NCBI GenBank assembly: GCA_050084515.1
Contig: CM114271.1
Location: 30,256,001 to 30,320,000, forward strand
DNA from: Blasia pusilla
Taxonomy: Eukaryota
Reading direction: 5' to 3'
DNA: 64,000 nt
Below, one piece after another: positions 12,301 to 25,659 of this stretch (its first letter is position 1; every line of letters starts with the position of its first letter). A model generated the notes under the pieces. That model ran no database searches. It saw nothing but the letters and a program-made list of their open reading frames with translations, and was not told the DNA's origin. The translations under genes were made by a program, and so were the position numbers.

Positions 12301-15300
12301 ATTTATTTTGCTAATTACCTCTACCTTGCATTGTATCCACTCGACGGTCCCACGGAGCTCCCACGCTTATGCTCTATTGAAGTAAATGTTGTGGAATTAT
12401 TGGAATCATTCAAATTGACTTAGCTATAGATCGGGTTTATATGGATTCTTGAACTGAGAATTTGGGAGGTCGATTATTCCTGCGGATTTTCCTCTACAGT
12501 CGTTTAGTATTTTAATTCAGACTTATCGATCGGATCTTTCCATAACAGGCACAGAGGCGATGTTCGCCGATTTGGGTCATTTCTCTGTAAAGTCAATACA
12601 GGTAGATACGATCAAATGCTTTTCGTAGTTTCGGATTCATAATACATTTTGTAGTTTTGGGTGAGGATAAAACAACTCGAGCTCGTGGGTAATTGAACTG
12701 TTACTGTGACTAAGGAAGTAATTAAGAACCTCACTATCCGGTATTCTAATCTGCCTGCGATGTTTGGTTAATTGTGCAGATTGCATTTTCAAGTCTTGTG
12801 TACCCTTCCCTCATTATAGCCTACATTGGGCAGGCAGCGTATCTAATCGAGCACCCAGACGCCATCGGTCAAACCTTCTACAAGTCTATACCACGTAAGT
12901 CTACCTATCCTGGTCTGACCACTACATATCGTCTGTTGATCCATGACAAGTTCCAGTTCTTTAAGAGTCGTTTACAGTTTCAGCTGTCTCTCGATCTATT
13001 GAGTGGACTATTTCGTGTTTTCCTTATGTTTTGTTCTCGTTTGGATTGTCGTGAGTTTGATATGAAGAACGCTCCCATTTGATTAGGATAAATGTCTGCT
13101 TAAAGTTTTGACATCCCGATTGTATTTGGACAGACAAGGTCTTTTGGCCAATGTTCGTGGTGGCGACAGCCGCAGCCATCATCGCCAGCCAAGCTATGAT
13201 TACTGCTACGTTCTCCATCGTCGATCAGTCCATGGCTTTGGGTTGCTTTCCACGTTGCAAAATTGTCCATACCAGCCAAAAATGGGCTGGGCAAATTTAC
13301 ATTCCTGAAATCAACTGGTTACTTATGGTGCTAACGGTTGCAGTCACTGCCGGATTCAAAACTACTACTAATATTGGAAATGCTTACGGTGCGTAAAACA
13401 CCTCGCCACTTATTCAACCTTTCATTTATTCTCAGTGCCCTTCTTGATCCCTAAAACTAAAACTCTCTTAGGATTTCTCTTAAGGATTTCTCAGGACCAT
13501 TTGATACTCCTTATAGACTGCACCTTTTCTAGATTTCTCTCAAGTGGAGCTGACTAATCCATCAGATCCGTTCTGGTGCTCTATTCGGTGCAATGACCTA
13601 AGGTTCTCGTATCCCCGAAAGGTCAGCTGTACTTAACCAGCTATTGGTGCTGAGGGTTCTTGAAATGAAGCGCCATCCGTGGAATAGTTCATGCACGATT
13701 CATATGAGAGTTCCGACTCTTGAGCCTTGCATGTATACCTATGGTTTCAGCTTGAAAACTCTCTTGGGTTGTCACCGATTAAATTCTACGTATCGTGTCT
13801 TTCTCAGAAGTTCGTAGCGGACTTCGAGAGGATGTATCCTTACTTGCAGATTGGATTCATGATTCAATGATCTCCCAGTTATCATGCGTAGACTAGAAAC
13901 AGCTTTGCTGCAGAGGTCTGGAAATCTCTCCATATTTAATTGAAATCTCGGCCCGATCAATCTTCGATATATCGAGGCTGCGAAGGGAAGTTGAGGAATG
14001 GTACCAGGTGGATATGGTCGTTCTTCCCTGGGAAGTTTCTCTCCTGATAAGTAATGGCATATACTCAATCGAAATGGTGGTGGTACGTGGTGCAGGAGTG
14101 GCGGTGGTGTCCGTGATGCTGGTGACCACGGCGTTTCTGACACTCATAATCGTGATGATCTTCCGTAAGAACCCGCTGATCGCATTGGGATTCTTCGGCG
14201 TGTTCATGTCGATCGAGGCGGTGTACTACTCCTCCGTCCTGTACAAAGTCCCGCAAGGAGGATGGGTGCCTCTGGCCTTCGTGGGCGTTTTCTTCACCAT
14301 CATGTACATTTGGCATTACGGACGGAAGTGCCGATACCAGTACGAGGTCTACCACAAAATCTCCGTGGACTGGATGCTCGGACTGGGATCCAGTCTCGGC
14401 ATGGTCCGCGTACCCGGCATCGGCCTTATCTACTCTGAGCTCGCGCAAGGAGTCCCCAACATCTTTGCTCATCTTACCACCAACCTCCCCGCCATACACT
14501 CTGTTATCGTTTTCGTCTGCGTCAAGCATTTGCCTGTCAGCTCCGTCCCCGACGACGAGCGATTCCTCGTGCGTCGACTCGGCCCCAGGTACTTTCCTAC
14601 GCCTCAAGTCCTACGGCAAAAAACCTTCCTTGCACCGGAGTAATTTTTAATCCGTATGTTTCAAATCCGTATGCGGCACACACATACCTACTGTACCTCC
14701 ATAGCCAGGTATGGATCAAAACAGCTGGATTAAGAAAAACTACTCGCTGGGTGAAGGAAGGTCTCCCCTATGGTAAAAGGGACAGGTGTAGCAAGAGGTC
14801 ATGAGTGAGGACAAGTGTTTACTTCTGAAACCCTCTCTGGCTAATAATATAAGAGTATATAAAGATATGTAGATCACTGCACTTTAGAAAAATATCTTGT
14901 GAGCACCTTCTAAATTATCTTTGTCGCCGCAAACGGACTCGTATTCGTCGTATGAAGTAGAGTTCGAGGGTGGATCTCTAGTAGGTATTTTGTAAGCATG
15001 TGAGCTTTGTATCTAGAATGCTAAGCAAATTAGAATGAGAAGATGTCGTATTGAACAGCAAAGTGGCCATCCGCCTCGAACATCCCCGAAAACCAACCAT
15101 TGGACAAGATGGGGCGCTGTTATCGATCTCTAATAGAGGTCGCAGAGTACCCGTCCCGTGTATTCACGACAATTGAACCATTCAATCAGACGGTGAAGCG
15201 CTTCAATTTTTGGGGTGCGCATCTTGTCGTTGATGCGGGTGACTATTTTGAATACTGCAGGCATATTGTGCACCCAAACCATCTGCCCTCGGGAAACAGC

Positions 15301-16545
15301 TCGAGAACGAGGGGGAGGAACGAGGACGGGACTTGGTCAGCTTTCCTAGCGTGTATGCGAGGAAGATCTATTACCTAGTGGGTGGCTAAGATGAGGAGAG
15401 AGTTGCGGGAGGACCAAAACAATAAGCGGTAGTTAACAGGTAGTTAACATGTCCATAATCTAAGACGGGCGGAGATAAAAGAAAACAAATCCATGCTTCA
15501 TCCCTAACTTTTTTAGGTCGGGATCCCGAAAGCCTGTTTCTCTCTTCTTGGTGGCGAGGGCTCTACCGGAAGACTGTCCAAATCGTGGTATACCAATTTA
15601 GTATCATGAAATGTTCTCGCCTCGTGGAAAGAATGAACGAACAAAACTGAAGGTAGATTGAAGTTTCTCCGAGCTAATCCGTTCAATCGCTGTGGTAAGG
15701 ATCTAAGGATTAAGGACTTAGGCTTAATGAGTACCATATCTGTCCGGACAGCATCATCCGATTGGGACAGCACTAATTCATGAATCTCACCTCAGACTGT
15801 ACAACGGAACAGTTTGCAGGAATTAAACTTCCAGAGTTGTCAGGGGAACACGACTCGATGAATCTTCTCTCTTTAGAACTCGAACTGTTGAAAGTTTCTT
15901 CTGTTCCATGAATTGAAATTCACGAGTTGGCAGAGCAGTGATGAGGTTTCTCTTTAGTGCGCGAACATCATTTTGTTTTGTTCGTTTGATGAATTGTTGA
16001 ATTTCGCAAGTTTTCTAACCACTGTTGTATCGTGCAAGGGCAGGCAGTACCACATCTACCGAGTGGCAATCCGGTATGGCTACACGGACAGCAAGGATAC
16101 GAGCACACACGCTGAATTAGAGAGAGAGCTGATCCAAGCCATCGCCGACTTCATCATCAGAGAATCTCTCACGCGCTCCTCCGATCCTCCAAAACAGCTG
16201 CTGCTCCAAGTCGACGATCATGACCCCATGTCCAACGGCGATGAAGAGATCGCTCAGCGGTCCAGCATCGAATCCAGCACCGGCTTCTCAGCCCCAGTAA
16301 ACTCAGAAAACTTGACAGCCACGGTGGAGGAGGATATCTCTCGTCTAGAGGCGAGTCGGCAGGCCGGGATCGTGTATCTGCTGGGCCACACGGAGGTGAG
16401 GGCTGCGAAAGAGTCATCCCTGTTCAGAAAGTTCTTAATCGAGCAGGTTTATGATCTCTTGCGAAGAAACTCCCGATCCAGTAACGTCGCCTTACACATC
16501 CCCCCTACTCGACTAGTTAAAGTTGGAATGATCCACCACATTTGA
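9396..16545 (+). CDS. HAK: HAK/KUP/KT potassium transporter (HAK5-like); 10 exons at about 9396-9578, 10526-10769, 11038-11292, 11577-11627, 12025-12282, 12549-12601, 12780-12894, 13134-13388, 14096-14588, 16044-16545
   Basis: Family motifs [84 protein letters not shown] and C-terminal VGMIHHI. GT-AG introns join the exons. Confidence 0.95.
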
Positions 16546-17645
16546 CGACCCTTCCCTTTTGCTTCATCACGAAACGCCTCTCCTCCTTTTGCTCTCTCTA
16601 CGGGCCTCTATAATTAGTAAAACTTTGCGCCGGCCCCCTTATTGGTTGATTCATTCCTCACTCCTCTACAGCTGCCTCTTTTCACGATCATGTCACTCCC
16701 GCTCGACTCCACTTCCCTCTTCTTCCTGTCATTCCGAACTCACATCCTTCACTCCTTCCACTTCCTCTTCTCGGGTCCGGTCGATCTGCGATCCTACTAG
16801 CATGGAAACAAAATCTCCTCCCATCATCTTCGAGGAGAAAGGAAATCACGGCAGTGCATTCGAAGGGAAGAGAAGATCTAAACCGTTTGGGTCTTTCATG
16901 CAATAAAGTTGGGTAGAGAGTGCCTTAGGGTTTCTTGCGCAACGATGGAAGGTGTGTCTGTCGGCTTTTCCAGACGGGGTACTCAGATTGATACTCTTCG
17001 TTCAAAAAGTAAAATGTAGAGTAGAATGCTTGGGATCATGAAGGTGTACTCAAGTCCCTCCATGAATGGGAGGAAATCACAAACTACCAAAGTTCTTTCT
17101 CGAAAAGCAATGCAAGTTGTTCATGTACATTTTAGAGGCGTTCATTTCAGCCGTGATATTACTAGGTTTGGTTACAGCTGGATACTTATTTGATTGAGCA
17201 AATGCCAAAGTTTTAAAAAGTAAAATTTCGATCGATTCTTCGAATTGAGGGTGAAACTCTCTTTAGACAATCCATCATAAATTGAACCTTTGAACTCCTA
17301 CTCGCAAAAGTCTTAGTAGATTAGAGATAAGATCAGAGTTAGTTTTGGATATGCACGTTTAAAAATAAGTAAATAGTACTTCGCTTGCCATCCTACAAAT
17401 TTCTTCTATAATAGTTATCATATAAGAGCTTAATTTAAACCGGTAATTTAAATCTTTTACAAATATTAGTAGCTTTATTTCTACATGTTCTTATTCTTAT
17501 GCACACAAGACTATGCATTCACAACGATTCAAGCAGAGGACTATTTGGTGCCCGGTCCCGATCTTGCCATGCCACCGAGGTGCTCGGGGTGACAAATTTA
17601 CGATGGATATGGAATCTGATCCGGTTTATTTAAAGCCAGCTACTA

Positions 17646-19885
17646 CTAGATCTCATACGCCAAGGCTTCCAGTCTTTCCATGGCAGGGGCTCGTAGGCTA
17701 AGCACTACATCGATACTTCCATCCTTCGTGTGGGATTGAGCGAACACAACATAGCCGTCTACAAACGTTCGCGCAGGGCCAGCAAACACAGGAGTGCCGC
17801 AGCCGAAGTCTAGCTGGTACAATGGCAGCTTAGCCCACGTCGTGACAACCAAGTCCGATGGCAGAATGTTCCGATATTCCTTGGCAAACGACAGAGGATC
17901 CTTCAGTTGCAGCGCTAGCTCGCAAAAATCTAGGGCAGATAGCATGTACTGCCTGTCTACTCTTCTGATCGCTCTCTGCAGCAAATCCGCTGCGTAGCTG
18001 AGAGGTCGATCTGTTAAAGCTCTGGCGGTAGACTTCGCGCAGGCGTGGAAGATGACGTTGCCAAAGTGGTCTTCTGGAAGCGAAAGCTGTCCCCGCCCAT
18101 TGACGGCGACGCTGAGTTTCGTCTCGACATCTCCAGCCAGACCGCGGGCTTTCGTTATGCACCTCCACAGATGTCCCGTCAGGCTGTGGAAGGTGGAATG
18201 GAAACCATCGCCCGTCAGATCCTTCACTGCCTCCGCTTTTATCTTCTGCAGCATCTCCACACTGAAATGTATCTTCCTTTTGGAGAGTGGAGGGTCCTGA
18301 GGCTCGGCCGACAGCGGTTTCGGGGGTGATTTCGTGTATTCAATGTGCTCAAACGTTGGTTCGGGAGGATCTCTGGCCCTCAAGGCGGATCGATCATGGG
18401 TCGGAATCGACGAGAAAGGCAGCCCCTTCACCGCCGACGCCCAGGCACCCAAGAAGGTAGAACCAGAAGAACCGTCTACCACAAGATGAGATCGAGCTGT
18501 TCCCAAAGTGATGCTCCCACATCTGAACTTAGTCATCTGAACAGCACAATGGAATCGAATCAATGCGGCTACGGGTTTCCGCACTCAGGTGCACATAACC
18601 ACGTACTCTGTGATCAATCGTAAGTCGCCACCATTGATTGTGAGTTGGCATACTTAATCCCCCAAATTCGTGATCAGGGACATGGAGCTGAATACTAAAG
18701 ATCCGAGAGTGAGAACTTGTCGCGGAGGTTTTGTGTCGTATCCTGTGCAACACAACTCGAAACTCGTATTTGATACAAAACATGGAACGCTACCGCTCGT
18801 GAACAGGCAGCGCTCAAGACATAAGTAAGAATTTAGAAATATATTGATAGCACACGGGAAGCCTGCAGGCCTTTGGACCCCTTCCAAAGGACTGCAAGCG
18901 GTTGAGTTCTCTCTCTACTAAAAAAAACTCCTCCGTGGATGTGATGGGATGTCACTGTCACATATATATATATATATAGAGCAATTGAGTTCTCTTTCAG
19001 GAGAGAGAGAGAACTCAACTGCCCCTGAAACTTGTCATGCAATTGAGTGAGGATTTGTCGTGGAGGTCTTGTTGTTGTATCCTGAGCAACACATCCTGAA
19101 ATTCGTATATGATACAAAACGTGGAAAGAAGATTTCGTGAGCAGGGAACTGGAAAACTAGACCAGAGGTCTAATGCCGTGAAGGTCTTCTGTAGGAGCAG
19201 CGTATGGAATCGATAGTCTCTAAATGGGTTGAACATTATCGACACTAACACTCCGATTCACTAAACTGGGTCAGTTGACACCTCAACAGCGACTCTGTTT
19301 CTGTTAAGGTGTGAATATCACATATGTGGAATATGATAGGGTCGCATAGGGCACGTTGGACTCGATTAGCAGTCACTTCTTCTCTAGGACATCAACGGGT
19401 CGGTCGGTTCATGACGATCGGGAAACGTTTCTGGGGATGATACTCTTGCCGAGTGAAATATTAGCTGGAAATCGTAGAGCGCAAGAAGATGATACCTGGA
19501 CCAAGAAAAGCTCCTCCGCTCCTTGAGTCGGAGGCGATAACTGGGAAAGCTCGTCGCCGGGCGAGAACGGCATCAGATCCAGTAAATCAACATTTGCCTC
19601 TGCTTCGATCCACGCGCATCCGTGACCGTTCAAAGCAATCGCGGGCCGTCCTCTGTCGTCCGCGCTCAGCCTCCCCGCGAGTTCCTGGTACTCGCCCAGC
19701 GCTTTCGCCAATCCCTCCTGCAACGCTTGCGACGAGGGAACCGGAGCCTGGAACGCATAGATGATCTCAACATGGATCGCATGCATAATTAAATCAGAAT
19801 TGGACAGCGCGACTAAACTCGGCTTGGACAACCCATCTCCAGCCTCCACCTTTATCAACTTTTTCGTCCCTCTCTTCACCTCCAT
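17646..19885 (-). CDS. BAHD-family acyltransferase (HCT-like); exons 19885-19496 and 18536-17646
   Basis: LAGRL motif, catalytic HxxxD (HLVVDG), FGNVI and DFGCG (a variant of DFGWG). A single GT-AG intron falls at the typical Q|MTKFRCG position. Confidence 0.92.
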
Positions 19886-20879
19886 CGCTGCAGCACCGAT
19901 CTCCGACTCCTCACGATGTGCACAATGCTTCCACTGCCACACGCCTACGAAACCAGTGATCTGACCCCCGGCACCTTTCAAATTCCCTGTCTGCTAGATG
20001 TAATCCTCACTCAATTGCATGACTAGTTTCACGACGAATCCTCACTCAACTGCTCTCTCTCTGAGTGAATCCCTGTCTGCTAGATGTATCTCAACAGGGT
20101 CCAGAGAAACTGAGAGAATTCGATGGTTCCCGAAATCTTTAATTCACCTTCGGGTCGCTCAACCGGAATAATTTAATTCAACCTGCGTCGATCAGGATCT
20201 GCGAGGCGGATCGTCCTCATGGGGATCCGCACGAATCGGTGGGCTTGGAGTAGCTGAAATCAAAGCGAAGGAATGGATGCGTGGGGCATGGTGACATCAG
20301 CTGCTGTCACCAGGACGCACACAGACAGCGAACACGAGGTGCAGGGAATCGGAGCTCGTTCCGTTTCTCGACTGTAGGTTTGACAGGAAGGGTGAAGAGA
20401 ATCTTTCCCGGCGCAGCAGTCGTTTGTCCTCGAACACGAAGCTGCAACTCTATATTATCTTATCTTAAACGTGGCAGCATGCACGTGGATGCTAGCGTTC
20501 AAACACGCGGATGCTAGCATTCAAACGTCATAAAATTCTACTAAAATTACTAGTAAGGTCATCATTAGGGTCATCATTAATCAAACACTAGATTATTCAT
20601 ATTTCACAATTTTTTTCCCTAAACTGCTATCTCTTCCGTGAGTGAGAGAGAGAGTCATTTGCAAATCAAGAAGGCATTCTGTATGTGCGATGCACGCCAA
20701 ATTAAAAAGTGTTTGAAGAGGTAGTGTATCGCTCGTGAAGGGAAGAGAATAATGAGGTTGCGCATAAACTCAAATTTTTTTTTCAGCCCGTAGCATGTGA
20801 AACATTTTCTTGCTGCCCAGTTGTCGCGACACTCATAACCAAACGAACACCAAAAAGGTGCCAAGCGGAACATCGGAAC

Positions 20880-21853
20880 TGTAGTGGACTCACGCTATAA
20901 TGATCGCGCTTTGGAGAGGCTTTTAGAAAGGTCTCTTGGAAAAGTCCAAAAGACGAAACGCGGAATAGAGTTGTGCGTTTCGTGCGTCAGTGGTCGCGAC
21001 CAGGAAACCTAGACCAAACGCCAACCAAGACTTGAGATGAGTTGAGTCTTGGAAGGTTGGTTGCCAAAGAGGTGAGAACCAGTTTTGGAACACGACTAGC
21101 GTTTGGAGAATTGGAGTGTGTTTTAGACCATAACGTTTAGCCCCAAGATGTGTTCGGGACAAATAAGAGCGCGTTGGAAAGCTTATCCCAAGACGCTTCC
21201 AATACATCAAAGATCTTAGCAAACACATAAGTACTGGCTGAGATATTGGCCGAAAATGACTGTTAGAGCAATCGGGTTGAGGGCCAAATCTGAGGGGCCC
21301 GGCTGTCTTTCCCTAAAGTTAGGGAGACCCCGGAGATCCCCAGAAGTACTAGTAAGGGGGAGTCTCTCCAAGATTTTTTGGAACACAAACTCCCACTTTG
21401 AGCGCCAAATGGCGTCTCAAGGGCACGAGATGGAACGGGAGTTTGGCGTTGGAACTTGAAACCCAAACCTGATCCAGGGGAGTGGATTTTGTAAGCCACA
21501 CTTGGATTCCGACCGGTTATTCATTTTGTGTGAGTCTCGGTTAGGGACTCATTGGATATCCATTGGACAGTTAGAACCGTAAGGCACAAAACGCCGTTTG
21601 AGATTCCTGAACCGATTAGAAAGTCTATCCCAAGTCTTTCGAGACTTGCCTGTGTTGTAATCCGCGAAACTAGGAAGGTTGAGCTTAATGAGAGGCGGAG
21701 TCGAGGACTCAACAAGTTAGAACCGTTCTTTGATGGAGACCCGACTAACGTGAGTGCGTGTTTGGATGGAGATCAACGTTGAGAGTGTGACCTACTGAAC
21801 GCACGCTTCCGCAACAACAAAGATTAACGTTCAAGGAGAGTAGGCGCATGACA
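20880..21853 (+). repeat. 5' LTR of the Ty3/gypsy element
   Basis: Begins TGTAG and ends TGACA, is followed by a PBS, and is homologous to 32187-32846 and (inverted) to 52578-53539. Confidence 0.85.
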
Positions 21854-21855
21854 CA

Positions 21856-21867
21856 TGGTATCAAAGC
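21856..21867 (+). promoter_or_regulatory. Primer-binding site complementary to initiator tRNA-Met
   Basis: TGGTATCAAAGC, 2 nt after the LTR end; one mismatch to the canonical TGGTATCAGAGC. Confidence 0.85.
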
Positions 21868-24800
21868 AAATCCTTGGTGAGCGTAAACTTGGGGTCGTAG
21901 AATATCTGGACGTTTGAGAAGAACTCAAGCAAGGAGACCTCGACGCTTAAGGAGGAACGCAAGAGACGAGGAAGAGATATGAGAACGCGAGGACTCGCAA
22001 ATGGCGACCTAGGGCGAAGAACCAAGGAAGTCGCGAGTCAAGCTAAAAAAAGCTGAGAGACAAATCAATGACAAACTGCAAGCTAGAAGAGGAGATAGTG
22101 ACTCCCGAAGTGCCGAGTCCTAGACATGAGGATGTCCCAAACGCGCATCTTTCCTCGGGGCCTTCGGCTCCAAACTCAAATGACCCGACCTTTTATATCC
22201 AAATGATGGATTTGATGAAGGTGATGACGGACCAGATGGCCCAACAGAGCAAGCTGATTCTAGAACTCAAGTTGAATGAAGCTTCTAGTTCCAACAAGAA
22301 GCTTTGTAAGACAAATTTGCTCACGCCATTCACAAGAATGGGGCTTTCTTGGAAAGTGAGCGAGTTTCTAATGGAACTCAAACTTTACTTCGAAGCGCAA
22401 AGGGCAGAGGAGCCGGACAAGGTGATTTTAGCGGTCACGTTCCTCAAGGATCAAGCTCTCCACTGGTGGACGGCTCATCGCAAAGAATATCTGGGCCGTG
22501 GAACAACTTTGAGTTGGGAAGAGTTCAAGGTGTTAATTGATAACCAATTTACTCTGCAATATGAGGAGTATCGCGAGGGCATGGAGTTTTTGTGGTTGCG
22601 GCAAAGAGGGTCCCTTAACGCTTATGTGCGAGAGTTCAGTGCACAAATGAACTCACTTTCCACGGATGAGTTTACAAAGAAGGTGATCTTCTTGAGTGGA
22701 CTCAAGCCAAGCGCCAAAAAGGCCCTCTTCCGTATGCCTCACTTACCAAAGACATGCGCGGAGCTTCTGAGGCTAGCGGAGTGGATTGGGGACGATGAGG
22801 TCCAAAGCCAGAAGCCCTTGGAGCTGAAAAGTTTTTCGAAGTTACTGAAAAATGAAGGGACATTCAAGAGGGTTTGGAATGGGGGTGAGCGCGGCCATGG
22901 AGGGTCTCTCGCCCCATCAGCGAAACGAGTGGAACTCAACGTGAAGCCAAGAGGGTCGCCCTATCCGAGGTCAACAAATGCCAAAGTGATTTGCTACAAT
23001 TATGGCGAATCCGGGCATATGGCTAAGGCATGTGTGAGGCCCAAGGTTAGTGAACCAAGTATGATTGCGTTTGCTGCTAAGCACTTATCGGTGGGAGATC
23101 TAGATACATCTCTCCAAGTCACCAAGAGGACACCCAATTTGGTTTACCTAGGATCCAAGATCACTCATCGCAATTTGATGTTGCTCGTTGATATAGGTGC
23201 TTCTTACTCCTTCTTGAGCCCCATGATCGTGAAGACATTGGGGTTATCAACCACCAAGGCCGACGAACCCATTAGGGTGGGTTTCACAGGATGGAAGTCC
23301 CACCAGACCTCAGAGTTGGTTTTAAGACTAGCTGTGGGATGCGGAATATTCGAGTTGAAGGAGAATGTCACAGTTTGCGACATGGACAGAATCTTGGGGA
23401 ACACGCTCTTGGGTGCGTATGAGGTGGAACTAAGGCGCTCAACCTTTGAGGTTGAGCGCCTTGGTAAATGGCAAACGGATGCACGTGAGACTGGTTTGTG
23501 AGGTTCCTAGAAAGACGGAGTTGGTGAATGCCATCACGAGGACGAGTTTGACCGAGTTAGAGGAAGGATTCCTTTGCTTGATGAGACAAGTAGAGGATGA
23601 CGTAAGCGCGAGATGTACAGATCAGAACTCAACTTCAAGGGAAATCCCTGAAACACTCAATAGAGTTGTGAAAGAATTTGGAGATGTTTTGACTAAGGAG
23701 CTTCCGACTGAGTTGCTACCACATAGGGCAGTTGATCATAAGATAGAGGAGATACCCGGATCTCAACCACCTTCAAAAGCACCGTATAGGCTGAATCAAG
23801 AAGAACTTGTAGATTTGAAGAAACAGTTGGGTGAGCCCCTAGAGAGGGGTTACAAGCAAACTAGCAAGTCACCTTATGGAGCGCCCATTCTCTTTGTGAA
23901 GAAGAAGGATGGAAAGTTGAGACTCTGTGTTGATTATTGGGCACTTAATAAAGTGACGATTAGGAAAAACTATCCTCTTCAGAGGATAAATGATCTCTTT
24001 GATCCATTGTCAAGTGCCACGTATTTCGGCCGGATTGACTTGAAATCAAGATATTATCAGATCAAATTGCCGAAGCGCATGTAGAGAAGACTGCGTGTAG
24101 GACGAGATATGGTTCGTTCAAGTTTGTGGTAATGCCTTTCGGTCTATGTAATGCGCCTCCAACGTTCATCACTTTGATGAACTCCATCATTCATAAGGAG
24201 ACAAATGAGTTTGTGATCATTTACATAGATGACATACTCGTCTATTCAAAAACACTAGAGGAGCACGCTCGGCATTTGAAATCGGTGTTTGAGAAACTCA
24301 CGGCAAACAAGCTGTATGCGAATGCAGACAAGAGTGAGTTTGGTTTCACAAAGATCAAGTTCTTGGGGCATGTGGTTAGTACATATGGAGTGATTCCAGA
24401 CATGGAGAAGGTAAGCGCGATTGCCCAATGGGAACCACCTTTCATCGTGAAGAGGATGAGGAGGTTCATCGGAGCGGTCCAGTTTTACCGGACATACGTG
24501 AAGAAATTTTCGGGAATAGTGAAATCTCTCACAAATTGGACCGCCAAGTTTTCCAACACAACATGGGCCGAGGAAGCAGAAAAGGCGTTCAATCAAGTCA
24601 AGGAGATCCTCTCACAGGAACCAATTCTGAAGCTTCCAGAGTTCTACCAACCGTTCGAGATGCACACTGATGCTAGTGATTTCGCGATTGCAGAAATGTT
24701 GGTGCAAAAAGGGAGACCTGTAGTATACAAGAGCAAGAAGCTTAGCGACACCAAAAGGAGATGGCCCACTCATGAGAAAGAGTTGTTCGCGGTGGTTCAT

Positions 24801-25659
24801 TGTTTGTGGAAGTGGCGTCACTATCTAGGACTTCGCAAGACTCTAGTATTCACCGATAATATTTTGCTCAAGTATTTTGAGACCTAGGATCGCGTAACAC
24901 CAAAAAAATTTCAATGGTATGATACCTTGGCGTTGACCAATGTGGAGCTAATCCACAAGCGGGGGAAAGATAATGTCATTCCAGATGGGTTAAGTCAGAG
25001 GGATAAGCATATGCAATCGACAACATAAGTCTTGAGAGCAATGTTCCCTAATGAAACAGACGTGGAAAGAAGGATTTGAGAAGGATACATGAAGGATGCG
25101 CAAGCGAGTCAGTACCTAGGAAAGTTGAAGCGGGGCGAGAAGGTGGCCAATCTAAGTTTGAGGCATGGTTTGCTAAGGTTTAAGTAGAGCAGGATCTATG
25201 TGGGCCAAGGCAAGCTCCGAACCAAAGTGTTAGCGGAATGTCATGACGGACCTTTGGCAAGACACAAAGGGGAGAAATCCACTCTTGTTGTTTTGGCCAA
25301 GAGGTTCTTCTAACCCAACATGAAAGAATATGTTGCTTAATATGTGAAGACCTACGTGACATATCAAGCGAACAAAGTTTCTTATGCGAAAAAGCAAGGC
25401 ATACTTCATCCTTTGTCGATCTCGGAGGGACCCTTGCAAAGCATTAGCATGGACTTCATTACGAGTCTTCCGGAATCTGAGGGATACAACGCTCAATTAA
25501 TCTGAGGGATACAACGGCAACTCTGATTGTGCTCATTTAATTTCATAGAATCAAACTGCCACGCAGAGATATGATGAAGCTAGTCGCAACACTCAATTAA
25601 TGACTACTTGTAGTGTGTGTTAGTTTAATCAAACAGCTCGGGCCCAAATTGCTCATCAA

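Larger units (their letters stand above)
20880..25491 (+). mobile_element. Ty3/gypsy LTR retrotransposon, 3'-truncated and degenerate (5' LTR, PBS, gag, protease, RT, RNase H, start of integrase)
   Basis: Gag-like ORF 22068-23501 with degenerate knuckle CYNYGESGHMAKAC and protease LVDIGAS. RT motifs SPYGAP, LCVDY, MPFGL, YIDD; RNase H TDASD. Integrase stops after SISMDFITSLP. Many stops and frameshifts. Confidence 0.93.

Noticed and set aside
14065-14607. 180-aa antisense ORF over HAK exon 9
   Set aside because: Shadow ORF caused by GC-rich codon usage on the coding strand.
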